This document shows positions 9,741-18,400 of a DNA stretch of 64,000 bases, one piece after another. Below the pieces are notes generated by a model, which worked only from the letters and a program-made list of their open reading frames with translations, was not told where the DNA came from and searched no databases. Source of the stretch: Candidatus Altiarchaeota archaeon (GTDB lineage Archaea > Altiarchaeota > Altiarchaeia > IMC4 > SCGC-AAA252-I15); NCBI GenBank assembly GCA_043800255.1, contig JAZDNF010000013.1, positions 1 through 64,000 of the forward strand. Reading direction: 5' to 3'. The first letter of the stretch is position 1; every line of letters begins with the position of its first letter. Made by a program: the position numbers and the translations under genes.

Positions 9741-10426
9741 CTAAGGAGTTCCTTCAGATTGAGCTTGCCGGCATACAGCGCCTTCCCTATCACAACACCC
9801 CATGCCCCCGTCTTCTCTATTTTCCTGACATCTTCAGCAGAGGATATGCCGCCTGAGACTATGACCGGCTTTTCTGTCGAGCCTGTGACCTTCTCGATCT
9901 TCTTGACCTCTATCCCGGCCTGCCTGCCCTCGACATCAACGTTGGTGTAGAGGAAGCCCCACACGTCATCTTCGAACTTCCTTGTCAGGTTCTCCGGTTT
10001 CAGGCCGGTCGGCTTGCGCCATCCTCTGACAACAACCTCGTCCTTTCTGGAGTCTATTGCAACGATAGTCCGTTCCGGATCCAGCGCTTTCAGGTTGTCG
10101 GGCTGTTCGAACGCTAAGGTGCCGAGGATGATCCTGTCAACGCCAGAGTCCAGTATCTCCTGCGCATATTCTACTGAGTGTATGCCGCCGCCGAACTGAA
10201 CCAGAGCCCCGGTCGCCTCCTTGATCTTCTTCACGGTTTCGAAGTTCCTTCTTCCTGTTTCGAGGGTGGCGTCCAGGTCGATGATGTGGAGCGTCTCAGC
10301 TCCCATCTGAACCCACTTCAGGGCAGCTTCCACGGGGTCGCCGTAGTATGCTTCGCTCCCTAGTCTGCCTCCTACAAGCTGGGCGCATTTCCCGTGGAGT
10401 ATGTCAACCGCAGGTATGATTTCCAT
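9737..10426 (-). CDS. hisA: ProFAR isomerase
   Basis: IIPAVDI..GKC, LHIIDLD, QFGGGI, SGGISS, GVVIGKALY. Confidence 0.93.
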   Translation of the reverse strand: MEIIPAVDILHGKCAQLVGGRLGSEAYYGDPVEAALKWVQMGAETLHIIDLDATLETGRRNFETVKKIKEATGALVQFGGGIHSVEYAQEILDSGVDRIILGTLAFEQPDNLKALDPERTIVAIDSRKDEVVVRGWRKPTGLKPENLTRKFEDDVWGFLYTNVDVEGRQAGIEVKKIEKVTGSTEKPVIVSGGISSAEDVRKIEKTGAWGVVIGKALYAGKLNLKELLR

Positions 10427-10428
10427 CT

Positions 10429-10902
10429 TCAGTTGCCGAACATCGACGCGAACGAGTCGGCAGCCTCCTCTGAGCTGCCATCGGAGTAGCCCGTATCCGC
10501 TGATTCGTATGTGCTGCAGGTGTCATCCGCTCCGCCTCCCTTCTGCCTGAGAACCTTGTCTATCTTCTGGTTTATCCTTCTGGTGTTCTTCTCTATCTCC
10601 CTCAGCAGCTCTATCAGGGTTTCCATCGAGTTCGTGAACATCAGGTCTCGGGCGGTTCTGTCAGAGGCAGCGTACTCTGAAAAGGTTATGTCAGTCATCG
10701 CGAAATCCTCTGGAGTGGCCTGCTGGAGGTTCTCGTACAGTTCCAGGATCCTTTTTCTCTCGCCTTCGATTATGACTGCAAGGCGGCCGTGGCCTGCGCC
10801 TATCACGTTGCCCTCGAGGTTGTGCGTGTGTATCTCCTCCTGGACGCGCGCCCTAAGCCATGAGCTTTCGTCGCCTAGGACGTAGAATCTCGCTGTGACC
10901 AT
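10429..10902 (-). CDS. Acylphosphatase-like domain + coiled coil + acidic tail
   Basis: Pattern resembles AcyP (ARFYVLG...LEGNV...VIIEGE) but lacks VQGVGFR and the WVRN Asn. Confidence 0.55.
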   Translation of the reverse strand: MVTARFYVLGDESSWLRARVQEEIHTHNLEGNVIGAGHGRLAVIIEGERKRILELYENLQQATPEDFAMTDITFSEYAASDRTARDLMFTNSMETLIELLREIEKNTRRINQKIDKVLRQKGGGADDTCSTYESADTGYSDGSSEEAADSFASMFGN

Positions 10903-12188
10903 AGTCTAATATTGCTCCTGAAATCATTTAAAGCTTCTTTCGACTTTAGAGGCTGTTTCTCGGCCGTTATTCTCGCATACGTCTCCTCGTCAAGCAGGTT
11001 CCTGAAGTCTGCTTTCAGCCTGCCTGCTGCATTCTCCAGCGCCTTGTAGGAGTCTGAACCGTATTTCAGGTAGCAGAGTATCCCATCATAGGATTTAGCA
11101 TGCGCTTTCAGGTATTTTTCAATCCGCTCTGATGTCACCTCGACGTATCTCTCCTTTATCTCATCTGTCTCGAGCCTCTCATCCCAGTCGTAGCTGTTGA
11201 ACGGATAATAGTCCTCAAACTCTCTTGGGATGACGCCAGCATTGCTCAGCATCACCTCATGGAATCTGTTTCTTGTTCCTGTCTCCTCCAGCACGCCTAT
11301 GATGTTCCTGTGCGTCTCAGACTGCGAGTAGGGCTTCTTGTAGGAGCACGGCAGCAGCAGCAGGCTTCTCCCTTCAGGCGGCCTGTACCATCTGGCAAGA
11401 TAGTCCTGCCACACTTCAAAATGGGGATGTAGCAGGTATTCTTCCCCGACGCCTTTGAGGCTCTGCCTGAGCCGCTTCGGAAACCGGGGTATGAAGTTGA
11501 AAGTCTCGGCGTCAAACTCTATCTTTTGGCTGTCCTTCCACTGTGAAGTCACCTCATAGAATTCGTCTCTCGTAAGATAGTTCCATTCGCCGTCAACCCA
11601 CATGCTGAATAGTTCAGCGTCGGCGTGAGGCAGCAAGTTTATGAGGACTATCGAATCAGAGCGCCTTAGGGCGTAGTCCACGGACTCTTTGAGCTTCTTC
11701 TTCCAGTCCTTCTGGAAGGGAAGGTTAACGAGCAGGTAAGTCCTCAGTTTGAATCCGTGCTTGTGGACTTTTTCGGCGGCGCGCTCGTAGTCTTCGCGTG
11801 TGAATCCCTTGTTGATTTTCTTCAGCAGCGTGTCGTCCGACGTCTCCAACCCTATGGCGACGGTCAGGTTAACGCCTTTGAAATTTGACAGATTCTCTTT
11901 TGTCAGGTATTCCGGTCGGGACTCCACGATAACATCGTCCAACTTGCTCCTCCTGCAGTTTGAGGCGACGTAAAGTCTTGCGTCCCTGCTGAACTGCCTG
12001 TCGTCGAAGAAGCTCCCGGAGCAGAAGACTTTTACAGCCTTTGCGTCAAGCTCTCTGAAAAAATTGTCGAATATGCCCTTCAGGCTGTCAGCAGGCTTAA
12101 CGTCGCACGCGATTTTCCCGTACCCGCAAAAGAAGCAGCCTTTCCACTCGCACACGCCGGAGTTCAGTATCAGCATCTTATACTGCAT
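10875..12188 (-). CDS. Fusion of archaeosine-synthesis radical SAM enzyme (RaSEA-like) with the ArcS catalytic (DUF5591) domain
   Basis: N-term CEWKGCFFCGY, SGSFFD, VESRPEY, AIGLET, INKGF; C-term PCSYKKPYSQSETH matches the ArcS PCx3KPYx2Sx2H motif, followed by GVIPREFE..YP. Confidence 0.82.
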   Translation of the reverse strand: MQYKMLILNSGVCEWKGCFFCGYGKIACDVKPADSLKGIFDNFFRELDAKAVKVFCSGSFFDDRQFSRDARLYVASNCRRSKLDDVIVESRPEYLTKENLSNFKGVNLTVAIGLETSDDTLLKKINKGFTREDYERAAEKVHKHGFKLRTYLLVNLPFQKDWKKKLKESVDYALRRSDSIVLINLLPHADAELFSMWVDGEWNYLTRDEFYEVTSQWKDSQKIEFDAETFNFIPRFPKRLRQSLKGVGEEYLLHPHFEVWQDYLARWYRPPEGRSLLLLPCSYKKPYSQSETHRNIIGVLEETGTRNRFHEVMLSNAGVIPREFEDYYPFNSYDWDERLETDEIKERYVEVTSERIEKYLKAHAKSYDGILCYLKYGSDSYKALENAAGRLKADFRNLLDEETYARITAEKQPLKSKEALNDFRSNIRLWSQRDSTS

Positions 12189-12195
12189 CGTCCGT

Positions 12196-13875
12196 CTACT
12201 TTTCCTCTCTCATTTTCTTCAGCTCATCCTTGATCTGGCTTATCTCCTCGTCCTCTCTCTTCGTCCTGATCTTCTTGGCAGCTCCTTGGGATATGCTCAG
12301 CTGCGGCCCGCCGAGAATCTTCTTCCGCACGTCTATCAGATTCTGCTCTTGCAGTTTCTTAACCCACTCTTCAACCTTCCTCGTCTCGACCCTCAGCTCC
12401 TTCGCAGCGTCTTTCACGCTCATGGACCCTGACCGTGCGACAAGCTTCAGGAGGTCATTCGGGCCTTTCTCCTGTCTCATGGTCTGCCTTTTAAGTTCCT
12501 CCCTCAGCCTATCCTCCTCAAGCCTCTTCCGCTCCTCCCCCTCCAGTATCGTCTTCTCCCTGATCTCGTCCAGCCTGATCTTTTCAGCTTGCAGGTTTCG
12601 TGTCGCGTTAACGTCCCCGGCCTTGGTTTTGATGGCAGGAGCCGGGCTCTGTTTAGGCTCGTCTTTTTTTGGCGGGGCCTTTTTCACAGGCTTGGACGCC
12701 TCCTCCAGGAAAGAGGATATCATCCCATCATCGTCATCTTTCAGTATATTGTCTTCCGGTGGCTGAGTTTCTGTAACCGTCTGCTTTGAGGTTTCTTCTA
12801 CAACAGCCTCGGAGATGTCAGCCTTCTCCGGTTCAGGCAACGCTGCCCCCGACGGCTCATCCTTTCCTGAGTCGTCTCCAAGCAACCCTGCCTCAGGCGT
12901 AGGCTGACCTGCAGCCCCACCAAACTCGGCTTCAGATATTTTCGCGCTTTCAGCTTCGACCAGCTTCCTGAGCTCCTGCTCCCTCTTCCTTAATTCCTCG
13001 CTCTCTCTTCTGAACACTTCCTCAAGGTGCCTGCTCTCCTCCAGGATTTCCCTCGCCTCTGCCTTTAGCTTCTCTTCCCTGCCGTCAAGCTCCTTCTTCT
13101 CGTCCAAAAGTTTTTTCTTTAGCCTTTTCAGTGTTTCAGAGTCACCGCCGGCATCTGATGTTCCCTCCTCCTCGAAAAAGAGGGTCATCTCCTCCTCAGC
13201 GTCTGCCATCTGCCGGCGTTGCTTTTCCAGTTCGCCCTCGAGTTTGCCTATCGTGACGTCCTTCTCCTTCATCTCCTCCTGTTTTTTTGTTGAGAGTTCC
13301 TGTTCGTGCCTGAGCAGGTCCTCGGCCTTATCCCGCCTTTCCTTCTCAGCTATAAGCTGGTCTCGTAGGTTCTCAAGTTCTGGTTTGTCGCCTGTTTCGT
13401 CTCTTATCTTCTTTTCAACGCTTTTCAGTTTCCTCTCGACTTCAAGCCGCTTCTTCCGCTCGTCCTCCGGCTTATCCGCAACCTCTGCCTTCTTCAGCTG
13501 CTTCCCAACACCCTCCTTTACCGCCCCCGGACCTGTCTCTTTCGACTGAATCTTCTTCCTGACGAACTCCCTAAGTTTGGAGGTTGCTGATATGTTGGGG
13601 TCAGGGCTTAGTGGATCGTCTATCGCTATGAGATCCTTGGACTCGTAGAATTTCACCAGCTTAAGGACCTCAAGTTTGTCAACGTTCAACTCCTTCATGA
13701 TCTCGCTGACGCTGGTCTCAGGCTTGCGTATTACAAATCTCAGGAACTCCTTAGGCGTTTCCCTTTTTACCTTCTTCCCTATCTTTTCTTTGAACTGGTT
13801 GAGGAAACCACGCCGCTCCTCCTCCCTCTCCCGAAGAGCCCTCCACTCAAACCTCTTGCCCTCATCAGCAGCCAT
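12196..13875 (-). CDS. Charged coiled-coil protein with two winged-helix-like domains
   Basis: SVSEIMKELNVDKLEVLKLVKFYESKDLI and SVKDAAKELRVETRKVEEWVKKLQEQNLI flank long E/K-rich helices and a disordered linker. Confidence 0.7.
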   Translation of the reverse strand: MAADEGKRFEWRALREREEERRGFLNQFKEKIGKKVKRETPKEFLRFVIRKPETSVSEIMKELNVDKLEVLKLVKFYESKDLIAIDDPLSPDPNISATSKLREFVRKKIQSKETGPGAVKEGVGKQLKKAEVADKPEDERKKRLEVERKLKSVEKKIRDETGDKPELENLRDQLIAEKERRDKAEDLLRHEQELSTKKQEEMKEKDVTIGKLEGELEKQRRQMADAEEEMTLFFEEEGTSDAGGDSETLKRLKKKLLDEKKELDGREEKLKAEAREILEESRHLEEVFRRESEELRKREQELRKLVEAESAKISEAEFGGAAGQPTPEAGLLGDDSGKDEPSGAALPEPEKADISEAVVEETSKQTVTETQPPEDNILKDDDDGMISSFLEEASKPVKKAPPKKDEPKQSPAPAIKTKAGDVNATRNLQAEKIRLDEIREKTILEGEERKRLEEDRLREELKRQTMRQEKGPNDLLKLVARSGSMSVKDAAKELRVETRKVEEWVKKLQEQNLIDVRKKILGGPQLSISQGAAKKIRTKREDEEISQIKDELKKMREEK

Positions 13876-13984
13876 CTTTTCTGATAACGATTACTAACGA
13901 CCGCTTAAATAGCTGGCTCCGGAAGCGGATATTCCCGGTTTTTTAATAGCCGCTCACATACTGTTACATTAGACTCCCGCCAAG

Positions 13985-14683
13985 ATGAAATTCCCTGTTG
14001 TTAGGATAATCCTCGCTTTGTTGGTCTTATCGGCATCTGATATTCTGGCACAGGATAACGCTACCATACAAGGTTACGTCATGGATGACATCTCCAGCAT
14101 GCCATACAGTAATGTGGAGGTGATGGTTTTCTCCAGCGACGACCATGCGAGTCCGGTGGCAAACGCAATGACAAATGCGTCAGGCTACTATTCCGTGCAG
14201 GTTCCCGCAGGCAGGCATTACAGGGTCGTTATCAGTGGAAGGGATTTTTCTGACAGTTACACCACGAAACTGCTGGAGGAGGGCGTCGTATATCCAATAA
14301 ACTTCAAAGGTCAGGTTGAGACGAACGTTGAGGCTAGGGTGGTTGAAAAGTACGGCTTCTGGATTGTGGTCGTCGTCGCGCTTGTGATACTTTCCATAAT
14401 ACTGGCAGACCAGTTTTTCCTCAGGAGGAGGCGGATCATAAGCGGCCTTGAGAGGGAGAGCAGAGAGCTTGAGACCAGGATTGAAAAGACCGAGATCAAA
14501 GAGGGCGACGAAGTCAGCAGGCTAAGGAAGGAGAGGGACCAGATAGGGTACATGATAAACCTGACCAAGATAAAGTTCCACAAGAGGAATATTGACGAGG
14601 AGAGCTTCAGGGAGATCGTAAGAGACTACCAGAAGAAGCTCATCGAGATAGAGGCCAAACTCAACGAGCTCGGGGAGAAGTAG
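13985..14683 (+). CDS. Membrane protein: signal peptide, carboxypeptidase-regulatory-like beta domain, TM helix, cytoplasmic coiled coil
   Basis: TIQGYVMD...TNASGYYSVQVPAG; TM FWIVVVVALVILSIILA; charged helical C-terminus. Confidence 0.75.
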   Translation: MKFPVVRIILALLVLSASDILAQDNATIQGYVMDDISSMPYSNVEVMVFSSDDHASPVANAMTNASGYYSVQVPAGRHYRVVISGRDFSDSYTTKLLEEGVVYPINFKGQVETNVEARVVEKYGFWIVVVVALVILSIILADQFFLRRRRIISGLERESRELETRIEKTEIKEGDEVSRLRKERDQIGYMINLTKIKFHKRNIDEESFREIVRDYQKKLIEIEAKLNELGEK

Positions 14684-14684
14684 G

Positions 14685-15440
14685 CTACTCCTTCACTATC
14701 TTTATGCCCGCGCCCTTCTCGAATTTCAGCGTGTGTATTTCCTCGCTGTGTGATGTCCTGCGCATCTTCTCTATTATGAGAGTCCTGCCTGCGTCCGGCC
14801 CGCTTGTCCTGTAACTTAGTGAGATGACTCCGTCGACTATGTACTTTTCCACTCCCTCTGTGGGGAAATCAGTGTCGGTTTCTGAGACTAATACCGTGGT
14901 GAGATTGGCTGATTTAAGCTTGTAGTTCATGTCAAGTATCAGCCGCCTTGCCTCGGTCTTGTCCTTTACCATAACATCCAATGCGGGTATGCTGTCTATG
15001 GAGGCCCTCTTCGCCCCTATCTTGTCGGCAGCCCTCCTCACGACGTCAAGGAGCTTTCGTATGTCCCTCTCGCCCGGCAGAATCGAGAAACTCTTTGACG
15101 AGACGGGGATGCATCCTATGACGTCTTCGACGCTCACCCTCGAGAGGCTTGCGTCGATTATTATCAGCTTTCCTTCAGTTTCAAGCTTCTCCAGGTCGAA
15201 ATCGAACTCCAGCATGTCCTCCTTGAACTCGTCAGGATTCTGCTCCAACAGAACCAGAACCCCCGGTTCGTTGTATTCGACCGCCCCCTGGTAGATGAAC
15301 TGTGTAGCCAGTATAGTCTTACCTGTACCGCAGCAGCCTGACACGAGTATCGTCCTCCCCCTTGGGAAGCCGCCCTCAATAAGCTCGTCCAAGCCTTGGA
15401 TTCCAGTCGGGCACCGCCTATCAGAAGCCTTCTTTTTCAT
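14685..15440 (-). CDS. KaiC/RAD55-like RecA-superfamily ATPase (single domain), paralog 1
   Basis: TGIQGLDELIEGGFPRG, GCCGTGKT, SIDS, IEKMRRTSHS; start trimmed to ATG 15440. Confidence 0.9.
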   Translation of the reverse strand: MKKKASDRRCPTGIQGLDELIEGGFPRGRTILVSGCCGTGKTILATQFIYQGAVEYNEPGVLVLLEQNPDEFKEDMLEFDFDLEKLETEGKLIIIDASLSRVSVEDVIGCIPVSSKSFSILPGERDIRKLLDVVRRAADKIGAKRASIDSIPALDVMVKDKTEARRLILDMNYKLKSANLTTVLVSETDTDFPTEGVEKYIVDGVISLSYRTSGPDAGRTLIIEKMRRTSHSEEIHTLKFEKGAGIKIVKE

Positions 15441-15480
15441 AGTATTCTCATTAATCAATTCAACAGGAAAGAATAAAAGG

Positions 15481-18400
15481 TTAGGTATTCCGCAGAGAGT
15501 ATCCGCGGCCGCCCCCACGTCTGCCTCTGTAATAGAGGTAACCGAGTCCGAATAGTATTATGAGGAGTGACAGCCATAGCATCGTACCCCTGTACAGGTA
15601 CCTTACCATGTTGTTAATCATCCTGAATGCCTGTTCCTGCAGGATCTCCGGGGGTTTAAGCTTTAGCTCGCCCACCCCCGGAAGGCTGATGATTAGGGGA
15701 TAGACTACCTTGATTCTGAAGCTTTCTGACAGTATCTGAGTCGAGTTCGTGTAGTTGGCGTCGACTGAGAGCACGTAAGTTCCCTCCAATGGATCATGGC
15801 TGGATGTCATGTCCCAGACCAGATTTTTCCTCTCGTCCAGCTTCAGCGGGTTTAGCTCGATTGACGGTTTTGATATCGGCTGGAATATTCCAGGAGAGTT
15901 AAGGGTTATTATCAGATTATCGGCATCTGCCTTTGCCCTAATCTCGGCAGACACGGTGAACGTCTCATTGGGGTAAACGTACTCCGGGAGATTGACTCTG
16001 ACTTCCAGTATCGCCTGGCACGGGCCGCACGGCCCTCCGCAGTCAGCTTCCGTTTCGCCTACATCTTTAACGCCGTTAGAGCATCCTACAGTTGATTCGT
16101 CTGACTGCACTCTCGTGTAGTTCCCGCTCACCGGACAGCAGCAGTAAGGATTTTCTGGATTAGCCTCCTTACAGTCCCAGTCAGCCTTGGCTGAGTGCCT
16201 CCACTGCCAGTCCGAGTCAGGAATAGCGCAGTCCCGTCTGCTGTAGCATCTTGAGTCTATAGAGTTATAGTCAGCCCTGCAAACCTCATAGCAGCTTGAG
16301 GGTATCGTCGTCGTGGTTGACGTTGTTGAGATAATCTCCTCCGGACAGCAGCAGTAAGGATTGTCCGGGTTAGCCTCCTCGCAGTCCCAATCCCCCTCCA
16401 ATTGGTGCACCCACGTTCCGGCTGGATCCTCTATCGAGCATGACCTCTTGGAGTAGCATCTCGATTCGGACGTGTTGTACAATCCCAAGCAGATATGGTA
16501 GCATGTGTCACTGAGGAGGAGTGTAGTCGTAGTTGTTACCGTGGACGTTGAAACTGTTGACGTCGAAGTCGTGGGCTGCACTGTCGTGGTAGACTCTACG
16601 GTCGTCTCCCTAGGCAGGATGGTCGTCTCCACAGTAGTCTCAACCGTTGTCGCAACAGTAGTTGGAAGTGTCGTTGGGCCGCCTCCCCTGAAGCTTATGA
16701 AAAAGGATTCTACTTCGGAGTCGTTCACGTTCTCGTGGTAGTCGTAGGCTATTATGGTGATATTATAGTCTCCGAACGATGTTGTGTTGTAGAATGTGCC
16801 CCAGTAGCTGTTCCCGTATGCCAACGTCAGGTTGATCGTCTGGCTGTCATTTGAAATGGGGAAGGTTATGTTCGCCATCACATTAGATACTGCGACATCG
16901 TCTGTCACATCCGCGTAGACGTCTACCGTATCTCCAACGTAAGCGTCATTTGCTATTATGTTAGTGACTCCTGGAGCGGTGTTGTCTGAGATCCATCTCA
17001 CTGACATGCGGAAGACCTGGCTGTCGGTTTCTACCCCGTCTGATACTGTCACATTAACCTGGTGCAGTCCATTGCTGGAGTTCGATGTCAGCGTGAAGTT
17101 TATGAGCCCTGTTGCAGGGTTTATGATGAAGAAGGTTGCGTTGGTTGAATAGGTTAACGTGTCATTGTCAGCGTCTGTCGCATTCACGTCCAAGCTGAAT
17201 GGAACCAGAACGGTCACATTCCTATCAATTGTGTAGTCTAGGACTGGCGGCGAGTTCAGAATCGTTAAACTGGTAGAGTTCTGCGCGTTTCCCGGCAGGC
17301 CATGCTCGTCCACCGGCGTCTGCTCGCACACTATTGTGTCGGCTTTCCCGCACATTCCGGCCTGCAGCCTGCTATTCGTGTTTGAAATCTGGGAGCCGTT
17401 GACATACCATCTGTAGATGGGGGTCCCGTTCGTGTCCCCGTCCAGGTCATAGAATGTGCCGTTGCCGCAGGCCAGCTCTGCTGTTATGTAGGCTGTTGTC
17501 GGCGTTATTATGGGCGGGCTTGTCAGGTTTGGCACGTGGTTCGCCTCGAATACTGCTTCCCGTGTGTTAGAACATATGATGCTGTCGCAGACCTTGAGGT
17601 ATGCTGTCGTGGTCGAGTTGTCTGTTTCTTGAATAATGTAACGGCAGGTTTTAGGGTTCGTGGTTGAATAGTTGCTGCTGCAGTATTCCAATTCAGCGCA
17701 TCCTGCTATCGTGATTGCAGTGCTGTTGCAGACGTACATAATAACTGTGTCTCCTTCGGTGTCCGTCCAGTTCGCGGTGAATGTCACATTCTGCGTGACA
17801 TTCTTGACGCCAGGGTGTAGTGAGTCTGACGTGGCTTCTGTGAGGGTTGGCGCCGTGTTCGCGGCGCCTATCTGGACTTCGCTTGAATTCCTGCTGGTGT
17901 TGGATGTGCCGTCTGATGCTGTTATCATGCACACCCATATGTCAAAGTTGGTGAGGTTGCCTGAGCCTATGGTTTTTGTAGTGAGTCCTGTCTGTAGTGT
18001 CCCGTTTTTGTACCAGCTGTGGTACAAACTGATAGTGTCGGCGTCAGCATCTGATATTGTGCCGTTATCGCATGACAAGCTGTTGTAGTCGTATGCTGGC
18101 GTCGGGTTTATACTCACGTTGGATATTGTTGGCAGAGTGTTTGAGAGAGTGATATTATTCGACATCCTGATTGTTCCGTTGTCGAAGCTGTCGTAAGGAA
18201 TGGCAGAGCAGCTCACATTCGCACCTCTCCCGCAGCCTATGCTCCGGGTGCAATTGAGGGTTCTGGGAGTGTAGGCTATATTTGTCCCGTTAATCTGCCA
18301 TCCGTAATATATGCTGACATTGTCATTGTCATCGTCTGATGCAGTCGCAGTACATGTTAGGTTGGTGTTGACCTTGGCTGCTGTCGGCGTTAATGCCAGG

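Noticed and set aside
16510-16690. Thr/Val-rich low-complexity tract as a DNA tandem repeat
   Set aside because: Ordinary mucin-like linker; codons vary and there is no exact periodic unit
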